Positions 29,193 through 32,000 of a stretch of 32,000 nt of DNA are shown here, in pieces. The position numbers were made by a program, and so were the translations under genes. Origin of the DNA: Pseudoalteromonas translucida KMM 520 (GTDB lineage Bacteria; Pseudomonadota; Gammaproteobacteria; Enterobacterales; Alteromonadaceae); assembly GCF_001465295.1 (NCBI RefSeq), contig NZ_CP011034.1, forward strand, positions 3,000,001 to 3,032,000, given 5' to 3'. Every line of letters begins with the position of its first letter. Within the stretch, counting starts at the first letter, position 1. Under the pieces are notes generated by a model, which was given only the letters and a program-made list of their open reading frames with translations, had not been told where the DNA came from and did not search any database.

Positions 29193-32000
29193 CTATTCAC
29201 GTGTTTCACGCCAGTAAATAACCCGATCATTCCCTCGAAAGTGGCCAAATTGTAAAATAGCATAAGGATTTAGCTGAGATTGGTCACCTTGCCAATCCCA
29301 TTTTAGCCAGTCATAGGTATTATATTCTAAAGTAAATGTTCCTGAGCCATTAGGCTTTGCATAAATACCGTTATTTACCGGATACCCTCCCGCCTCTAAC
29401 TTCCCTGCGGCACCATTACCATACTCATATGTTAATACTGGGCTAACTGGCAATACTTGGCTTAATTTAGGATGTTGAAATACACTACAGTTATCGTTGC
29501 TGTTTACTACAAACCCATTGCCATCCCAATATTGAGATTCCATGGGGATAAGTAATCGATCTAAATCTGAGCCTGCATTATTACCTAACACTAAGCGGCC
29601 AAACCTAAACTCAATAGGCACACTATTTAGTCGTACGCTGTTGCAATTAGTGCTACAGGTTACTTGTGTATTAGGGCTGTCGTTGGCATCGATTAATGTA
29701 GCGCGCTCAATATTTGTAAGTGTGGCCATTAAATTAACCATAGCAAATGGGCCATCAGGCTGATCAACTCCTAGCCTTTTTAAGGTGACATTGCTTTGAT
29801 TCATCTGCCATTGCCCATCACTGGTATCGCCCCAATTGTTTTCACCTAAATTAATTAGGCGGCTGACAAAGCTACTTGCTGGCACGTAATTACCCGCTTC
29901 ATTATTTTCAGCATTAACTTGCACTACCGACTTATCAAACCCAGCCCTGTAATTACTCATTAGCTGATTATTTTGGTTTAGTGCTTGCACTGTAAAGCCA
30001 AGTTCAAATGGCTGTTCAAGGTAGGTTAAATTACTCCCATAATCAGTACACTGCGCCGCAGCTTGCACTCCTGTTATTTTAAATTGCGATGGCGCAAAAC
30101 GGCCCACATTATAAAGCTCGCCTTTAACATCACCCGCACCAAAGTAATCGCTATCGTTTAGCCCTGCTATTAAATCAATAATCCCAACTTGGTCATAACT
30201 ATATTGCGATATGGATTCACTTAAACTACCGGTATCTTTAAATGCAACAGTGTTAACGACTGCAAGTGTTCCAGAAGCACCTGCTGTGGGCAGCTTTAAT
30301 TGCGCTGTTACTGAAGGTTGCTCATTAATAAAATGCTTAGCAATAGGATTGTTAGTAATATCACTGTAGTTATCGGGGTAACCATCGTTGTTGTTGTCTT
30401 GACCTGCACGCCATTGCACTGCATTCATTTTTAAATCAAATGTCTCCCCTGTTAGTTTAAACAAGCTACCTGCGGCATCTGTTGCAAAACCATCATTGGG
30501 TAAGTTCATAGCCAAGCCAAAAGGTTTTACTACATACTCGTTAGAGCTACCGGTTAAATTAACCGACAAGTTAGTAATCGGATCCAGTATTAAATTAGTT
30601 TTAGCATTAAGGCTAAGCTGTGCTGCATCGGGGTAATTTATTATTATTTTCGCTTTAGACTCATCATCAAACTGTAATGGCACTGATTTATAACTTTGTT
30701 CAATCGCGTATACTTTATTATTATTGCTAAGCTGCACCGGATCAGAGCAACTTACCCCTGCGCTACAGGTATAGGCTAAATCTAAAGCAACTTCTGCCCC
30801 CACAGGAAACGCCGCTTCACACGCCCCCGTGGCGGTATTCGTTTTTACAGCTTGAATTGCTAATGCTTTTGCATTAAATCCTGTATTTGAAGGTTTACCT
30901 GATAGTTGGGTAGGAATTGTTGTATTGTTATCGCTTTCATTTTTAAAAATAAAACCCGCCTCCGCAAACACCACTTTACAGCCACTTAAACCAACATTTT
31001 TACCGCCAATATAACAACGTAACGGCGCAGATGGATCTGCAGTGTTATAACCAATTGTGGCACTGCCAGTGGTACGTTTTGCAAACTGTATATTAGTACT
31101 ACCAGTAAAGCTGATATTCTCACCGGTTACCCAGCTTTGCTTGCTACTATTATCTGGTGATAAATTTAAGCTTGATGGCTGATCAAATAAAATATCGCAA
31201 GTATCATTTGCACAGGCGGTTAAAGCCATGTCTTTAGCTTGACAAGTCAGTCCCTGGTTATCACTCATTGATACTCTATAATGATCTAGCAATACAGGCT
31301 TATAAATCCCACAAAAGCCTGGAATATTATCTGGTACTGGTATGGCATCAAAAGTAGAACTACCCTCGGTAATAATTTGTGTGCCTGAGGTAATAGAGCC
31401 TTCGTATGTTACATTTTGCGCTATTCTTACCTCGCCGGTAGCAACAATATAAGCAGCTATATTGGCATTGGCGGCAATCGCAATCGCACCATCAACATAA
31501 ATAGCAAGATACGCCCCCGAATCAACTACTATATTGGTTTTACCTATATTTAAAAATGAGGTAGAGAGTAACGAACTTGTGTTTTTTAAAAAAATACGCG
31601 TAGGAGCCGTTACTCTGTATTGATCCTCTAGCATGGCAAGCTGCAACTCATCATAAAAATAATCCCCAGCTAAAGAGGCTGGCACTGGTGGCACAGAGCT
31701 GCCATCGTTAGCCACTGTAGGCACTTGAGCTGCCTGGCTGGGTGTTAAAGAGTTATTACCACTTGCTAAACAAGCTTGACCGTTACATAGCGGTGGATTA
31801 GTTAGCGCCAAAGACGTTAAATTAGTAGTCGTAATAAATTGCGCGTTATTGTCTGTTACTTTAACGCCTTGGACTAACTGCACCAAACCATCATTGTAAG
31901 TAGATAGCGCGCCTGGAAATAAAGTGTCACAACTTAAAATTTCGCCGCTAGAAACAAACGAACTGGTCATGGCTAAAATAGATACTTCTTCTTTAGGATG
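29193..32000 (-). CDS. mshQ: very large secreted/surface protein, probable MSHA-type pilus biogenesis protein MshQ (5' end outside the window)
   Basis: 925-aa ORF from the first Met, but the frame stays open to the window edge (HPKEEVSILA precedes the M at 31970), so the gene is truncated by the window. It is N/T/S/G-rich, poor in charged residues, and has paired Cys residues. MSHA loci abut mreB in Vibrio and Shewanella. The identity call rests on synteny and composition only. Confidence 0.5.
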   Translation of the reverse strand, partial: HPKEEVSILAMTSSFVSSGEILSCDTLFPGALSTYNDGLVQLVQGVKVTDNNAQFITTTNLTSLALTNPPLCNGQACLASGNNSLTPSQAAQVPTVANDGSSVPPVPASLAGDYFYDELQLAMLEDQYRVTAPTRIFLKNTSSLLSTSFLNIGKTNIVVDSGAYLAIYVDGAIAIAANANIAAYIVATGEVRIAQNVTYEGSITSGTQIITEGSSTFDAIPVPDNIPGFCGIYKPVLLDHYRVSMSDNQGLTCQAKDMALTACANDTCDILFDQPSSLNLSPDNSSKQSWVTGENISFTGSTNIQFAKRTTGSATIGYNTADPSAPLRCYIGGKNVGLSGCKVVFAEAGFIFKNESDNNTTIPTQLSGKPSNTGFNAKALAIQAVKTNTATGACEAAFPVGAEVALDLAYTCSAGVSCSDPVQLSNNNKVYAIEQSYKSVPLQFDDESKAKIIINYPDAAQLSLNAKTNLILDPITNLSVNLTGSSNEYVVKPFGLAMNLPNDGFATDAAGSLFKLTGETFDLKMNAVQWRAGQDNNNDGYPDNYSDITNNPIAKHFINEQPSVTAQLKLPTAGASGTLAVVNTVAFKDTGSLSESISQYSYDQVGIIDLIAGLNDSDYFGAGDVKGELYNVGRFAPSQFKITGVQAAAQCTDYGSNLTYLEQPFELGFTVQALNQNNQLMSNYRAGFDKSVVQVNAENNEAGNYVPASSFVSRLINLGENNWGDTSDGQWQMNQSNVTLKRLGVDQPDGPFAMVNLMATLTNIERATLIDANDSPNTQVTCSTNCNSVRLNSVPIEFRFGRLVLGNNAGSDLDRLLIPMESQYWDGNGFVVNSNDNCSVFQHPKLSQVLPVSPVLTYEYGNGAAGKLEAGGYPVNNGIYAKPNGSGTFTLEYNTYDWLKWDWQGDQSQLNPYAILQFGHFRGNDRVIYWRETRE

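Overview
This window looks like conserved chromosomal core from an AT-rich marine gammaproteobacterium. Gene order and protein sequences look Alteromonadales/Pseudoalteromonas-like; that placement is inference and no search was run. Apart from ispB and argR, all CDSs I call are on the minus strand. In coordinate order they are: ispB; mdh divergent from argR; a YfeX-like DyP-fold protein directly downstream of a ferric-iron ABC importer (fbpA-B-C); a 0.7-kb ORF-free gap; gabD; the complete isc cluster iscR-S-U-A-hscB-A-fdx, preceded by trmJ; a tightly overlapping mreB-C-D-maf-rng-yhdP-(Nit-type hydrolase)-tldD block; a secreted coiled-coil/PEGA/FGE-like protein; and the 3' part of a very large MshQ-like protein that runs off the window. 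I saw no transposases, integrases, CRISPR arrays, toxin-antitoxin pairs, defence genes, tRNA or rRNA genes. I cannot honestly point to a new multi-gene system. The signals the ORF track does not explain are these. (1) A GGA-dense CsrB/RsmZ-class sponge sRNA sits in the 7510-8207 gap, with an upstream GacA/UvrY-type palindrome and an intrinsic terminator. (2) The YfeX-like protein keeps the proximal His but appears to lack the distal Asp and Arg of DyP peroxidases, and it lies at the tail of a candidate Fur-boxed iron-uptake operon. (3) A Cys-less FGE-fold protein with an unusual domain architecture is wedged between mreB and the MSHA-type pilus gene. (4) A triplicated IscR type-1 operator carries a duplicated promoter module. 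All motif calls were made by eye, and homology statements rest on remembered E. coli sequences and family motifs. The shorter ORFs lying antisense inside these CDSs are treated as shadow ORFs.
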